DNA of 64,000 nucleotides from the NCBI GenBank assembly GCA_963812605.1, contig CAWEWF010000014.1:160001-224000 (forward strand), in the 5' to 3' direction. Of this stretch, positions 10,381 through 20,127 are shown piece after piece; positions within the stretch are counted from its first letter, which is position 1; every line of letters starts with the position of its first letter. The notes beneath the pieces were generated by a model, which was not told the DNA's origin, ran no database searches, and saw only the letters and a program-made list of their open reading frames with translations. This stretch comes from an uncultured Verrucomicrobiae bacterium (lineage in GTDB: Bacteria; Verrucomicrobiota; Verrucomicrobiia; Palsa-1439). A program made the translations under genes and the position numbers.

Positions 10381-11553
10381 TCACGCCTTCAGGCTTTTGC
10401 AAAAGGCCTCGATGCGGTCGAGACCTTTCTGGATGTTCTCCATCGAACAGGCGTAACTGAGGCGCAAGTGCGCATCGCTACCGAAAGCGATGCCGGGGAC
10501 CGCCGCAACCTTCTGATCATCCAACAGCTTTGAACAGAAAGCGGTTGAGCCCAGGCCGAACGCGGAGATATTGGGCAGCATATAGAACGCGCCCAGCGGC
10601 TTCACGCAGGTAATGCCCGAAATCTTTGTGAGCCGATCGTACATGTACGCGCGACGTTCGGTGAAGGCCTTGACCATCTCGCCGATGAACGATTGGTCGC
10701 CTTTCAATGCCGCGAGTGCGCCTTTCTGGGCGAAGCTGGTCGGATTCGAAGTCGAGTGCGACTGGATCGAGTCAATCGCGGCGGCGATGTGCTCCGGCGC
10801 GGCGATGTAGCCCAGACGCCAACCGGTCATCGCATACGCTTTACTGAAGCCGTTGACGGTGATCGTCAGGTCGTAAATTTCACTGCCCAAGGACGCGAGG
10901 CTGACCGACTCGGTGCCGTCATAGACGACTTTCTCGTAAATCTCATCCGACAGCATGAGGATATCCTCTTCCAGCGCCACTTCCGCGAGGGCTTGCAGTT
11001 CCTCGCGAGTGTAAACGGAGCCGGTCGGGTTGCCGGGCGAATTGAGGATGATGAGCCGGGTTGCCGGTGTCATCGCCTCGCGGAACTGGTCCGGTGTGAT
11101 CTTGAAGCCGTTCTCTTCCCTGGTTTCGACGGTCACAGGCGACGCATCGGCGAGCTTGACCATTTCCGGGTAGCTCAACCAGTACGGCGCCGGGATAATG
11201 ACCTCGTCACCCGCCTGGCAGGTTGCCAGGATGACATTGAAACACGAATGTTTCGCGCCACAATTGACGATGATCTGCGATGCCTTGTAGTCGAGGCCAT
11301 TCTCGTTCTTCAACTTCTCCGCGATGGCCGCGCGCAATTCCGGAATGCCCGAGGAAGGCGTGTACTTCGTGAAGCCCGCGGCCAGCGCCTGGGCGGCGGC
11401 GTCCTTGATGTATTGTGGGGTATCGAAATCGGGTTCGCCAGCGCCGAAGCCGCAGACGTCAACGCCTTCCGCTTTGAGTTTTTTGGCTTTCGCGTCGATG
11501 GCGAGGGTCAACGACGGGGTCAGGGTAGTGGCGCGTTGTGCGAGCTGTTGCAT
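10381..11553 (-). CDS. aspC: PLP-dependent aspartate aminotransferase (class I/II)
   Basis: GEPDFDTP, NSPGNPTG, SDEIYEK, FSKAYAMTGWRLG. Confidence 0.9.
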   Translation of the reverse strand: MQQLAQRATTLTPSLTLAIDAKAKKLKAEGVDVCGFGAGEPDFDTPQYIKDAAAQALAAGFTKYTPSSGIPELRAAIAEKLKNENGLDYKASQIIVNCGAKHSCFNVILATCQAGDEVIIPAPYWLSYPEMVKLADASPVTVETREENGFKITPDQFREAMTPATRLIILNSPGNPTGSVYTREELQALAEVALEEDILMLSDEIYEKVVYDGTESVSLASLGSEIYDLTITVNGFSKAYAMTGWRLGYIAAPEHIAAAIDSIQSHSTSNPTSFAQKGALAALKGDQSFIGEMVKAFTERRAYMYDRLTKISGITCVKPLGAFYMLPNISAFGLGSTAFCSKLLDDQKVAAVPGIAFGSDAHLRLSYACSMENIQKGLDRIEAFCKSLKA

Positions 11554-11600
11554 GAATGATCCTTCTGATTAAACGATTCGGGATTTCAAAGTTGAGACGT

Positions 11601-12788
11601 TCAAAGTTTACAGTTGTAAGACTCCTCGATAAGCGGCTTGAGGCTGTTCTCGCGGAGCTTGATGATCTTGATCTCCCGCTGCGCATTCTCGGCCGAATCG
11701 CTGGCGTGCGCGGCGTTAATCATAATGTCCTGGCCCAATTCACGGCGGATGGTGCCCGGCGGCGCCTTGCGCGGATCCGTGGGGCCGAGGACGCCGCGAA
11801 TCTTGGAAACCGCATCCGGCCCTTCATAGACCACCGCCAGGATCTTCTCCACTCCGGGTTGTAATTTGGCGAGGCCCGAGCAGTCTTCCGGTCGGCGGCC
11901 CGTCATGAACTGCACGATCTGGCTGAACTGCTCATCCGCGAAGAGTGGGCCCATGACTTCGCCCAGCGCCTTCTCGGTCTGCGGATTGAGTCCAAAACCG
12001 AACTCCTTCTCCAGGGCCAGGCGCGAGCGCTGGCCCGTGATGTCCTTGAGTCTTTCACGCAGCACCGACCGGACGGGTCCGTAGAACTCTTCCGCTTCGC
12101 CCACGCTCATGCGATGGACCTGAATGGCGATGATGTAGAGGCCCGTGCGCGAAAGCATGTCGACGATATTGCCCGGGCGCGCGCTCGGGAAGCGGAAGTT
12201 GTCCGGCTTCAGCAGCACGAGCGTTTGTTCGACTTTCGCGTTCTTGGGATAAGAGACGACATTCTCGAGGAAGCCGCCGTCGCTTTCCGAGTACTTGCCC
12301 CACAATTTGAGTTTGATCTCGGCTTCCTCGGAGTTTGGCGCGGCCAAGACCGCCGGCTCAAAGTATTTCACCTGACCGTCCGGGTTGACGATGTAATCGC
12401 CGTAGGTATCACGGATGGTTTCACCCGCAGTGCCCTTGTCCGACTGAAAACTGCCGACGACCTGCCGCACTTTGGCCACGGCGTCCTCGCCGCGGAACAA
12501 GAGCATCATTACGCGGCGGCGCTGGCCCGTCTTCGGATCGGGCGAATAATTGTCGAGGATGTACTGGCGGATGAGTTCCTGGATCTTGCGGTCCTGCGGG
12601 TCTTTGGGGGAGACAGTGACCTCCGCGTAGCGCTCGACGAGTTCGCTACTGGGGGCAAACATGCGCGCCGCCACCAACTCCAGCGCAGTTCGCGTGAACA
12701 GGCGGGCAATCACGCCGCCCGTGCGCGATTTGTGAACCGTGTATGGGTTGATCAAAACGTAAGCCAATTCTTCTTTTTTCGCGCTCAT
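11601..12788 (-). CDS. ndk: Nucleoside-diphosphate kinase with two tandem NDK-like domains
   Basis: C-terminal domain has LVLLKPD...GPTDPRKAPPGTIR...NAAHASDS; N-terminal domain has YVLINPY...GETIRDTYG but no catalytic His. Confidence 0.75.
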   Translation of the reverse strand: MSAKKEELAYVLINPYTVHKSRTGGVIARLFTRTALELVAARMFAPSSELVERYAEVTVSPKDPQDRKIQELIRQYILDNYSPDPKTGQRRRVMMLLFRGEDAVAKVRQVVGSFQSDKGTAGETIRDTYGDYIVNPDGQVKYFEPAVLAAPNSEEAEIKLKLWGKYSESDGGFLENVVSYPKNAKVEQTLVLLKPDNFRFPSARPGNIVDMLSRTGLYIIAIQVHRMSVGEAEEFYGPVRSVLRERLKDITGQRSRLALEKEFGFGLNPQTEKALGEVMGPLFADEQFSQIVQFMTGRRPEDCSGLAKLQPGVEKILAVVYEGPDAVSKIRGVLGPTDPRKAPPGTIRRELGQDIMINAAHASDSAENAQREIKIIKLRENSLKPLIEESYNCKL

Positions 12789-12841
12789 TTTTTAATAACG
12801 TGAGACTACCATCCCGTGACCGCCACCATCCTAATCTTAAT

Positions 12842-12881
12842 AAAAACAAACCACCCCCGCAAGCCCGTCAGCCAGCGAGGG
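12842..12881 (-). terminator. Probable intrinsic terminator after the DUF5679 gene
   Basis: Minus strand CCCTCGC...GCGGGGG stem followed by TGGTTTGTTTTT. Confidence 0.45.
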
Positions 12882-12928
12882 ACTCAACTCATTTTAAGGC
12901 GTAACGGCCCGGTCGGGCCGGACTGCGC

Positions 12929-13078
12929 CTACTTCTTGCCGCCCATAATACGGTACAGTTTTGTCCCGCAATCGGGACAAACTCCCTGCATGGCAGGACG
13001 TCCGTTTTTCATGGTGACTTCCTGCGCCTTTGCCATTTCCTTCTTTGCCTTGCACTTTACACAATAAGCTTCAGCCAT
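12929..13078 (-). CDS. DUF5679 small zinc-ribbon protein (49 aa; absent from the ORF track)
   Basis: MAEAYCVKCKAKKEMAKAQEVTMKNGRPAMQGVCPDCGTKLYRIMGGKK*; strong SD GGAGGTGA. Confidence 0.9.
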   Translation of the reverse strand: MAEAYCVKCKAKKEMAKAQEVTMKNGRPAMQGVCPDCGTKLYRIMGGKK

Positions 13079-13264
13079 GGCATTCACCTCCCTTGGGTCC
13101 GAATTTGACTCGGAAAACTGGGCGGCATCTTACCGGCAGCGCCCGGCAAGCGTCAAGGGGCAAAACTGCGACAAAAATTCGCGGCCAAAGCACGAAGCAT
13201 GGTTGTGTTTTTGGCCGGGCTGTGGTACTATTCCTATCCGTTGGGCGTCCAATAAACACAGGGA

Positions 13265-14110
13265 ATGGAGACTACACTGACGAGCCAGCGAATTCACGTC
13301 GGGGCCTTGATTGCGCGCCGGTTCCTGCCGTTCGCGTTCGGGCTAATGCTTGCCCTTGCAACGGCTTGCGACCATTCCGCTCCCCTCACGGATGCTACAG
13401 CCGAGCAAGAGGTCAACTACCTGCGCGCCAAGAAGCTTAACGAACAGCAAGACTTTCAGGCCGCCGCGGAGTTTTATAAGAAGTCGCTCTCGGTGAACCC
13501 GGACTTTGCCAGGGCTCACTTGGAGTTGGGGTTGCTGTGTGACGAGAAACTGGGTGACCCGATCGCGGCGATTTACCATTATCGCCGTTATTTGGAGTTG
13601 CGGCCTGATTCCGAGAAGAGGCAATTGGTCGAGGATTTCATCGAACGCGCCCGATTATCACTGGCGGCCAAGTTGCCGCAGTCGCCGGCTGTCGACCCGG
13701 GCGAATTGGCGCGATTGCAGAACGACAAGACGGCGCTCTTGCAAGAGAATGCGACGCTCCGCTCCCGTGTCGCTGAATTGGAGAAGGCGGCAACGGCAGC
13801 CACAACCGCCGAGACGCCGGCCGCAACGGTTGTTTCGGCGCCGGTGCCCGCCAGTGTGGCGATAACGAGTCCGGTGCCGGCACCGGCGGTCGTTATGGCG
13901 GCAGCGCCGGTACCCGGGTTTGGCGAGCCGTCGCCCGCGGAACCATCGCGGATGCATACGTATCTCGTGCAAAAGGGGGATACGTTGCAGTCGTTAGCGT
14001 TGCGCTATTACGGCACGCGGTCAGCCTGGGAGAAGATTTACCAGGCAAATCGGAGCGGCCTGCCGAGCAAGGACCAGTTAAAGGTGGGGCAGCAGTTGGT
14101 GATTCCGTAG
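13265..14110 (+). CDS. Lipoprotein with TPR, coiled-coil, Pro/Ala linker and C-terminal LysM domain
   Basis: LATAC lipobox; TPR helices; YLVQKGDTLQSLALRYYG..W..IYQAN...LKVGQQLVIP. Confidence 0.85.
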   Translation: METTLTSQRIHVGALIARRFLPFAFGLMLALATACDHSAPLTDATAEQEVNYLRAKKLNEQQDFQAAAEFYKKSLSVNPDFARAHLELGLLCDEKLGDPIAAIYHYRRYLELRPDSEKRQLVEDFIERARLSLAAKLPQSPAVDPGELARLQNDKTALLQENATLRSRVAELEKAATAATTAETPAATVVSAPVPASVAITSPVPAPAVVMAAAPVPGFGEPSPAEPSRMHTYLVQKGDTLQSLALRYYGTRSAWEKIYQANRSGLPSKDQLKVGQQLVIP

Positions 14111-14181
14111 TGGGTTGAGCGGACTCGTTCCGACTCGTTCCGAAGCGTCAGAGCGAGGAGTTGGGCAGTGGCGAGACTTGT

Positions 14182-15045
14182 ATGTTGAACAAGGTATTGG
14201 CAGGGTTGGTGGTGGCATTTTGGGTGGCCATGATGGCCGCCCTGGTGCGTGTCGAGATTTTTCCCAAGCCGACAATCCTTGAAACGCTCCCGAATGAACG
14301 CGTCTTGAAGAAGATATTTGCCAACCCCGATCCTGTTCGTCTGGACGTGTACTATCACAAGGTTGCCGTTGGGTTTTGCGCGATTAGCATTCAGCCACAA
14401 GTAAATGACAGGACGGGGGAGCAATTGCAACCGGGGCAGGAACCAGACGGCTACGAAGTCACCACCGACTTGAAGATAAACCTCTCCATGTTCGGGACGC
14501 AAACAAGGCTTTATCTCAGTGGCAAGAGCGAGTTTAACCCGAAATTGGAATTGGATGGCTTTGATATCGTGACGATTGCCGGTGACAGTCGCGCCAGTAT
14601 CACCGGAAACGACATCACCAAGAAGGTAAAAGTGATTTTTAGCTATGACGGCATGCATGATGAGCGCACCATCGACTTCGACCAGATCAAAAGTGCCGGC
14701 TTTGCCAGCGCCTTCGGCATGCCGGGGCTGGGGAGTTTGGGCTTTCTCGGCGGCGGAATGCCCGGTTCACTCGGGGTGTCATCGGGCAGCGGCCAGCCGG
14801 CAACGCGACCGGTGACGATTACATATTTCGACCGCCTGGAGATCGCGGGCGATTCACAACGGGTTTACCTGATCGACTCGAAGATCGATGACCAGATGTG
14901 GACCAAGATGTGGGTCGATGATTCCGGACAGGTGCTAAAGGTGACCACGTCACTCGGGCTGGAGATGCTTAGTTCTGGACTGGCGGACGGGACGGATTAT
15001 CTGCCGCAGCGACCGCTGCATCGGTTGCGCCAACGAGCGGAGTAA
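14182..15045 (+). CDS. Hypothetical membrane-anchored beta-rich protein
   Basis: N-terminal TM helix; ends 4 nt before the ABC ATPase. Confidence 0.65.
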   Translation: MLNKVLAGLVVAFWVAMMAALVRVEIFPKPTILETLPNERVLKKIFANPDPVRLDVYYHKVAVGFCAISIQPQVNDRTGEQLQPGQEPDGYEVTTDLKINLSMFGTQTRLYLSGKSEFNPKLELDGFDIVTIAGDSRASITGNDITKKVKVIFSYDGMHDERTIDFDQIKSAGFASAFGMPGLGSLGFLGGGMPGSLGVSSGSGQPATRPVTITYFDRLEIAGDSQRVYLIDSKIDDQMWTKMWVDDSGQVLKVTTSLGLEMLSSGLADGTDYLPQRPLHRLRQRAE

Positions 15046-15049
15046 ACCG

Positions 15050-15793
15050 ATGATTCTGACAGAACACCTGACGAAAAGATACGGCGGCCTGGTGGCGGTC
15101 AACGACCTGAACCTGGACATTCCGCAGGGGCAATTTTTCGCCTTCCTGGGGCCCAACGGAGCGGGTAAGACAACCACGATCAAACTGCTCGCCGGATTGT
15201 TGAAGCCCGCGTCCGGCCGCGCGCTGATTGGCGGTCACGATATCCAGAAGAACCCCGTTGAAGCGCGCAAAGTCCTTAGTTACGTGCCCGACATGCCCTT
15301 CCTGTACGACAAACTCGAGCCCATGGAGTTCATGCTCTTCGTGGGTCAGTTGTATGGGATGGATCGAGCCGGGGTGGTGCGCGCGAGCGACGAACTGTTC
15401 GACGTGTTTGGCCTGGACGAAACGCGCCGGCAAATGATTGAGAATCTTTCGCATGGCACGCGGCAACGGCTCGTGATCGCCTCCGCCTTGCTGCACCAAC
15501 CGAAGGTGATCATCATTGACGAGCCGATGGTCGGGCTCGACCCGCGTAGCGCCCGTGTGGTGAAAAACGTGCTCAAGGAACGTTCACGCGAGGGCGTGAC
15601 GGTGTTTCTCTCGACGCACGTCCTCCACATCGCCGAAGAATTGGCGGACCAGGTGGGCATCCTGAACCGCGGCAAGCTGATTGCGGTCGGCACGATCGAC
15701 GAGCTGCGTGAGGTGAGCGGCGAGAAGGGCGAATTGGAAGATGCGTTCCTCGCGCTGACGCGCGGGGAGGAGGCCGCGCCCCAGTTGCCATGA
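15050..15793 (+). CDS. ABC transporter ATP-binding protein
   Basis: GPNGAGKTT, LSHGTRQR, IIIDEP, STH. Confidence 0.95.
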   Translation: MILTEHLTKRYGGLVAVNDLNLDIPQGQFFAFLGPNGAGKTTTIKLLAGLLKPASGRALIGGHDIQKNPVEARKVLSYVPDMPFLYDKLEPMEFMLFVGQLYGMDRAGVVRASDELFDVFGLDETRRQMIENLSHGTRQRLVIASALLHQPKVIIIDEPMVGLDPRSARVVKNVLKERSREGVTVFLSTHVLHIAEELADQVGILNRGKLIAVGTIDELREVSGEKGELEDAFLALTRGEEAAPQLP

Positions 15794-17532
15794 ACGCGCT
15801 GCAATTCTTTCGTTTGTTGGCCGGCGTAAATGCCCGCATTTTGCGCCGCAATATTCTCGCGGTCCGCGAGAAATCGTTCCTGATGGTTTCCGTGATCACG
15901 CTGTTTGTAGTCGGCTACTGGTTTGCGGGTTATTCGGTGTTCTTCACGGGGTTTCGTCGGCTGGCGGACGTACCAGGATTGCAGATGATCCTGGTGGACC
16001 GGATGTTGTACCTGTTCTTTGCCTTCCTGTTTCTGATGTTGATGTTCTCCAACATGATCATCGGCTACTCGACGCTCTTCAAGAGCCAGGAGACACAGTG
16101 GATGCTTACGTTGCCGGTGCGCAGTCTCGATGTGTTTCGGTGGAAACTGATGGAGACCACCCTCCTGGCGAGCTGGGCATTCCTGTTTTTGTCAGCTCCC
16201 CTGATGGCGGCTTATGGAAACGCGCGGCACGTGTCGATGGGCTTTTATTTGAAGGTGTTCCTCTTGTTCATACCCTTCACCGTGATCCCGGCGGCCATCG
16301 GTTCCATTGCGATCCTGATTGTCACACGGTACTTGCACCGGCATATTTTCAAGTGGGCGCTTTTCGGCGTAAGCGCCGTCGGCATCATCTGCGCGATCCT
16401 CTTTTTGAAACCGATGCAGGCGGAAGACCTGGAAAAGGCGCAGATCGTCGCGGCATTGCACCAGTTGCTCCACACCAGTCGTGTGACGGTGCAGCCAATT
16501 CTGCCGAGTTACTGGGTCGCCTCGAGTATGATCGCGTGGGGCGATGGATGGTCGGGGAGGGGAATTTTCTTCTTTCTGGTTCTCTTGAGCAACGCCATGA
16601 TGGCGACGCTGGTGAGCGTCACTGTCAGCCGTCATTTATACTACGAAGGTTGGTCTCGCAATCACAGCCAGGGTCACTTCCAACTCGGCGTCCCGCTTCT
16701 GGACGCCCCGATCCCCTTGCCGCACATGGCACTTGTCGAGCGTCTCGTGAACTTATGGCCGCGCATGCACCACGCCACGCGCGCCCTTGTGATCAAAGAC
16801 ATTCGGGTCTTCTGGCGTGACACGTCACAGTGGAGCCAGTTCGTCATCTTCTTTGGCCTGCTGGGCTTGTACGTGCTCAATCTCCGCAGCGTGGCCTACG
16901 ACCGGAGCACCGAACTCTGGGCGACCTTTGTTTCCTTCCTCAACCTCGGGGCTTCGAGCATGACGCTGGCGACGCTTACGACACGCTTCGTGTTTCCCCA
17001 GTTCAGCCTTGAGGGAAAACGGCTGTGGATGGTCGGGATGGTTCCTTACGGATTGAAGCGGGTGCTGCTGGAGAAATTCTGGTTGAGCAGTGTCTGCACG
17101 GCGGCCATCACGCTGGTTCTCATGCTCACCTCGAGTTGGATGCTCCGGATCCCAGGCTGGCTGGCGCTGCTGTTCGCCTCCACTGTGGTTGTCATGAGTT
17201 TCGCGCTCTGCGGCATTGCCGTGGGCATTGGCGCTTTGTTCCCGAACTTCAGTTCCGGTTCGACGGCCAACCGACGCGACGACAATCCGGCAAAGATTGT
17301 CTCCGGTTTTGGCGGTACGTTTTGTTTCATCCTCAGTCTTTCCTACATCGTCGTCGTCATTGCCGCCGAAGTGGCGCCCATGTACGCGAGTTTCGCCGTG
17401 AATGGCTTCGGCGAGCGCGGCCAGCCGTGGGGACTCGTGTTTTCCTGGATATTCGTCGCGCTTCTCAGCCTCGCCACCGCCAGTATTCCCATGTCCCTGG
17501 CCTTGAAAAAGGTCGAGTCACTCGAAATCTGA
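15790..17532 (+). CDS. Putative ABC exporter permease (about 12 TM helices)
   Basis: ATGA overlap with the ATPase; two hydrophobic halves; KDIRVFWRD and FSLEGKRLW motifs. Confidence 0.8.
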   Translation: MNALQFFRLLAGVNARILRRNILAVREKSFLMVSVITLFVVGYWFAGYSVFFTGFRRLADVPGLQMILVDRMLYLFFAFLFLMLMFSNMIIGYSTLFKSQETQWMLTLPVRSLDVFRWKLMETTLLASWAFLFLSAPLMAAYGNARHVSMGFYLKVFLLFIPFTVIPAAIGSIAILIVTRYLHRHIFKWALFGVSAVGIICAILFLKPMQAEDLEKAQIVAALHQLLHTSRVTVQPILPSYWVASSMIAWGDGWSGRGIFFFLVLLSNAMMATLVSVTVSRHLYYEGWSRNHSQGHFQLGVPLLDAPIPLPHMALVERLVNLWPRMHHATRALVIKDIRVFWRDTSQWSQFVIFFGLLGLYVLNLRSVAYDRSTELWATFVSFLNLGASSMTLATLTTRFVFPQFSLEGKRLWMVGMVPYGLKRVLLEKFWLSSVCTAAITLVLMLTSSWMLRIPGWLALLFASTVVVMSFALCGIAVGIGALFPNFSSGSTANRRDDNPAKIVSGFGGTFCFILSLSYIVVVIAAEVAPMYASFAVNGFGERGQPWGLVFSWIFVALLSLATASIPMSLALKKVESLEI

Positions 17533-17635
17533 CCGCGCTTTGCGGCGGATATCAACATTTTGGCATCCTTGCCACGAACACTCTTTACTTTTTCTCTCGT
17601 CCTGCTATTGTCCCACCAACAAGGAGGATGTTTGC

Positions 17636-18277
17636 ATGAAACAAGGGGGGAGTGGCACCGCCACTATTTTGCCCGAATCCAATATCGGGCCGACGCTTTC
17701 CGTCGTCGAGTTGCCGCAATACCGCGAGGAGGTCGATTCCAAACTCGACCAGGCCCGCGAACATTTGCTCGCGTTGCGCCGCCAACAGGAAGAACTCGAA
17801 CGCCAGAAGGGCGAACTCGAGGAGTTGCGCCGCAAGCAGGAGGAGTACAGCCGCGGTCGCGCCGAGATCACCGATAATCTCGCCCGCGGCCTGCTGGTGC
17901 TCGAACGCCAGCAGAATGAATCCCAGCGGCTTGCCGAACTTTCGGGGACGACCATCGCCGCCTTCCGTGATTACGCGGAACAGATTCAACAAATCAACGA
18001 TGGGGACTGGAATAGCGGCAACGTCCGCTCCGAGTTGAGCCGGGCGCTCGGCGTCCTTGAAGCCGCACGCCTCGAATACAACCGTGCCCGCACGAAGCTC
18101 GATTGCCTCAATCCGGCAGCCGGCCAAGACAACGAGGCCCACCCGTCGGGGACAACGAGGAAGCCGGTCAGTAAGAGTGAAATCATCCGTTACGCCTGCC
18201 TCGGCGCCGCTGCTTCGGCGCCACTGATACTGGCGGGCACGATTTGGCTGATTGCGCTGCTCACCGTGAAACATTAA
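17636..18277 (+). CDS. Hypothetical coiled-coil protein with C-terminal TM anchor
   Basis: AAGGAGG SD; long heptad-rich helix; hydrophobic C-terminus. Confidence 0.7.
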   Translation: MKQGGSGTATILPESNIGPTLSVVELPQYREEVDSKLDQAREHLLALRRQQEELERQKGELEELRRKQEEYSRGRAEITDNLARGLLVLERQQNESQRLAELSGTTIAAFRDYAEQIQQINDGDWNSGNVRSELSRALGVLEAARLEYNRARTKLDCLNPAAGQDNEAHPSGTTRKPVSKSEIIRYACLGAAASAPLILAGTIWLIALLTVKH

Positions 18278-18290
18278 GCAAAGAACGGCC

Positions 18291-18851
18291 ATGCCATTGT
18301 GCTGGAAACAACCCGACCCCATTGACCGTGCGATTGGCGATCTGGATCAGCAGATTGCGACTGTGCAGCGCCAGATGCGTGAATTCACCAGCGGTTCCGC
18401 GCGCGGGGACGGCATTCGCCGAACGGGTGCGACTGCGCGAGGGCGGGCATCGGCGCCAGCAGGGACTTTCCTGAGGTTTGTCAAAGGTATGTTGGGATCG
18501 ACGAAGCGCGAGATGGATGCCACCGAACGCACGCGTCAGGACCTGTTCGATGTCAACGCGGAGCCATTGAAGGAACTCGAAGCGGAACCAATTGCTTTCG
18601 CGAAAAAGCCCGAACCCGATCTCTTCGCGCACCCCGCTGCGCCGGGGAACCATGTGGTTACAGGTACAGCGGCCCTGGAAACCGCCCAAGTGGTGCCGCC
18701 GCAGGAAAAGCTCGCGGCCTATCTCGGTGCGGGAAGCATTCGGAGCTATAAGCCCCTCAAGCGGGCGCAGCGCCAAACGCGGAATCGCTTTTTCATGTGG
18801 CTCGGGTTATCCTTCTTTGCGCTATGGATAATCTGGTTCGTGATCCGCTGA
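18291..18851 (+). CDS. Hypothetical protein with C-terminal TM anchor
   Basis: 186 aa ORF in the operon; ends RNRFFMWLGLSFFALWIIWFVIR. Confidence 0.65.
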   Translation: MPLCWKQPDPIDRAIGDLDQQIATVQRQMREFTSGSARGDGIRRTGATARGRASAPAGTFLRFVKGMLGSTKREMDATERTRQDLFDVNAEPLKELEAEPIAFAKKPEPDLFAHPAAPGNHVVTGTAALETAQVVPPQEKLAAYLGAGSIRSYKPLKRAQRQTRNRFFMWLGLSFFALWIIWFVIR

Positions 18852-19306
18852 TCATCCAGACGAAGCTGGGCGCGTTCCGGGTCCAGTTCTCACGCCGCGG
18901 ACTTGCCCGCCTGGAGTTTTGCACTGGCGCTTCTACTGCCCGATCCGGGCAACACCCGCGCGTGAGGTTGCCGTACGATCTCGGGCCTCAGCTTCGGCGC
19001 TACGCCGCCGGCAAACTTGTCCGCTGGAGCGTGCCCCTCGACCTTTCATCGGGCACAGGCTTTCAACAAGAAGTCTGGCGGGTGCTGTTGACGATTCCTC
19101 GCGGCGAGACGCGTTCATATGGTTGGGTCGCAAAAAAGATCGGCAGGCCCCACGCCGCGCGCGCAGTGGGCGCCGCCTGCGGCGCCAATCCGCTTCCCGT
19201 CATTGTCCCCTGCCATCGCGTCATCGCCGGCGACGGCTCGATCGGGGGCTTTGGCGGCGGCTTGTCAATGAAACGGCGATTGCTCGCGTTGGAGAGGGAT
19301 CACTAG
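18824..19306 (+). CDS. ogt: Methylated-DNA--protein-cysteine methyltransferase (start uncertain)
   Basis: GTGFQQEVW..IPRGETRSYG..ARAVGAACGANPLPVIVPCHRVI. Confidence 0.92.
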   Translation: MDNLVRDPLIIQTKLGAFRVQFSRRGLARLEFCTGASTARSGQHPRVRLPYDLGPQLRRYAAGKLVRWSVPLDLSSGTGFQQEVWRVLLTIPRGETRSYGWVAKKIGRPHAARAVGAACGANPLPVIVPCHRVIAGDGSIGGFGGGLSMKRRLLALERDH

Positions 19307-20064
19307 TGCCCTATGCCCTCTTGCAGCGTTCGCTGGATCAAACCATCGACCGCGCATCGCTGGAAGACGCGGCGGCTGCCTCGCATAGTATTCCCCGGCC
19401 GGATTGCGCGCGATTGCAGAAGGAATTGTTCGGGATTGTCGTGGACAATCTGGATCACGAGCACGCGCTTGCGCTTCAACAAGAGCTCGCTCGGCGCAAT
19501 TTTCCGACCGAGGTTGTTGACCAGGTGCAACTCTCGGCCCTGAACGAGCCCGCTTCGGGCCAGGAATTTGAAGTCCAGCCGCACGCCTTCGTTGTCGTTA
19601 ATTTATACGGGACGCAGGTTGAGTACCCATGGGAGAAATTTGTGTTTGCTGCCGCTGGATACGTCTTGCGGCTGGCCGACCGGCCTTACCAAACGCATTT
19701 GGAACCGGCCACTGACCCTTTTCGTTCGAGATACCAGAGCGTCGAGGTTGTTGTCGACTACAAGCTCCAAAATGTTCCGCAATTCCGGTTCGATTTGTTC
19801 TTTGATGCCGAACCTTACCGGTGGCAATGGATTTGGGATCGCGAGTCGATGGTACGTGTCAACAAGGAGCCAATCCGCTTGCGGGAGCATGAAAGGTTCG
19901 TCGGTTTACTTCAACAGCTGACCAGTTTTCTCCCGACGGAGCGCCTGAATGGCGGGGTTCGAAAACTCAGCAGCGGAGGTTATTTTGTCTACCCCAGCGT
20001 CCACGCGTTCGAGGAGGAAATCATTTGGTCGTTCTATCAACTAATGCGCGACGCCAACGCGTGA
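19306..20064 (+). CDS. Hypothetical protein; probable paralog of 7641-8451
   Basis: GTG overlaps the ogt stop; ends LNGGVRKLSSGGYFVYPSVHAFEEEIIWSF. Confidence 0.65.
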   Translation: MPYALLQRSLDQTIDRASLEDAAAASHSIPRPDCARLQKELFGIVVDNLDHEHALALQQELARRNFPTEVVDQVQLSALNEPASGQEFEVQPHAFVVVNLYGTQVEYPWEKFVFAAAGYVLRLADRPYQTHLEPATDPFRSRYQSVEVVVDYKLQNVPQFRFDLFFDAEPYRWQWIWDRESMVRVNKEPIRLREHERFVGLLQQLTSFLPTERLNGGVRKLSSGGYFVYPSVHAFEEEIIWSFYQLMRDANA

Positions 20065-20127
20065 ACGTCGTCGGGAGTGGCAAAATATGTTGCCGCCTCC
20101 GGTTGAATCTGCGATAAACCACCGCAC

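Noticed and set aside
18919-19305. N-terminal extension of the 381-aa ORF overlapping ogt
   Set aside because: Alternative-frame read-through; the GTG at 19306 coupled to the ogt stop is the plausible start.
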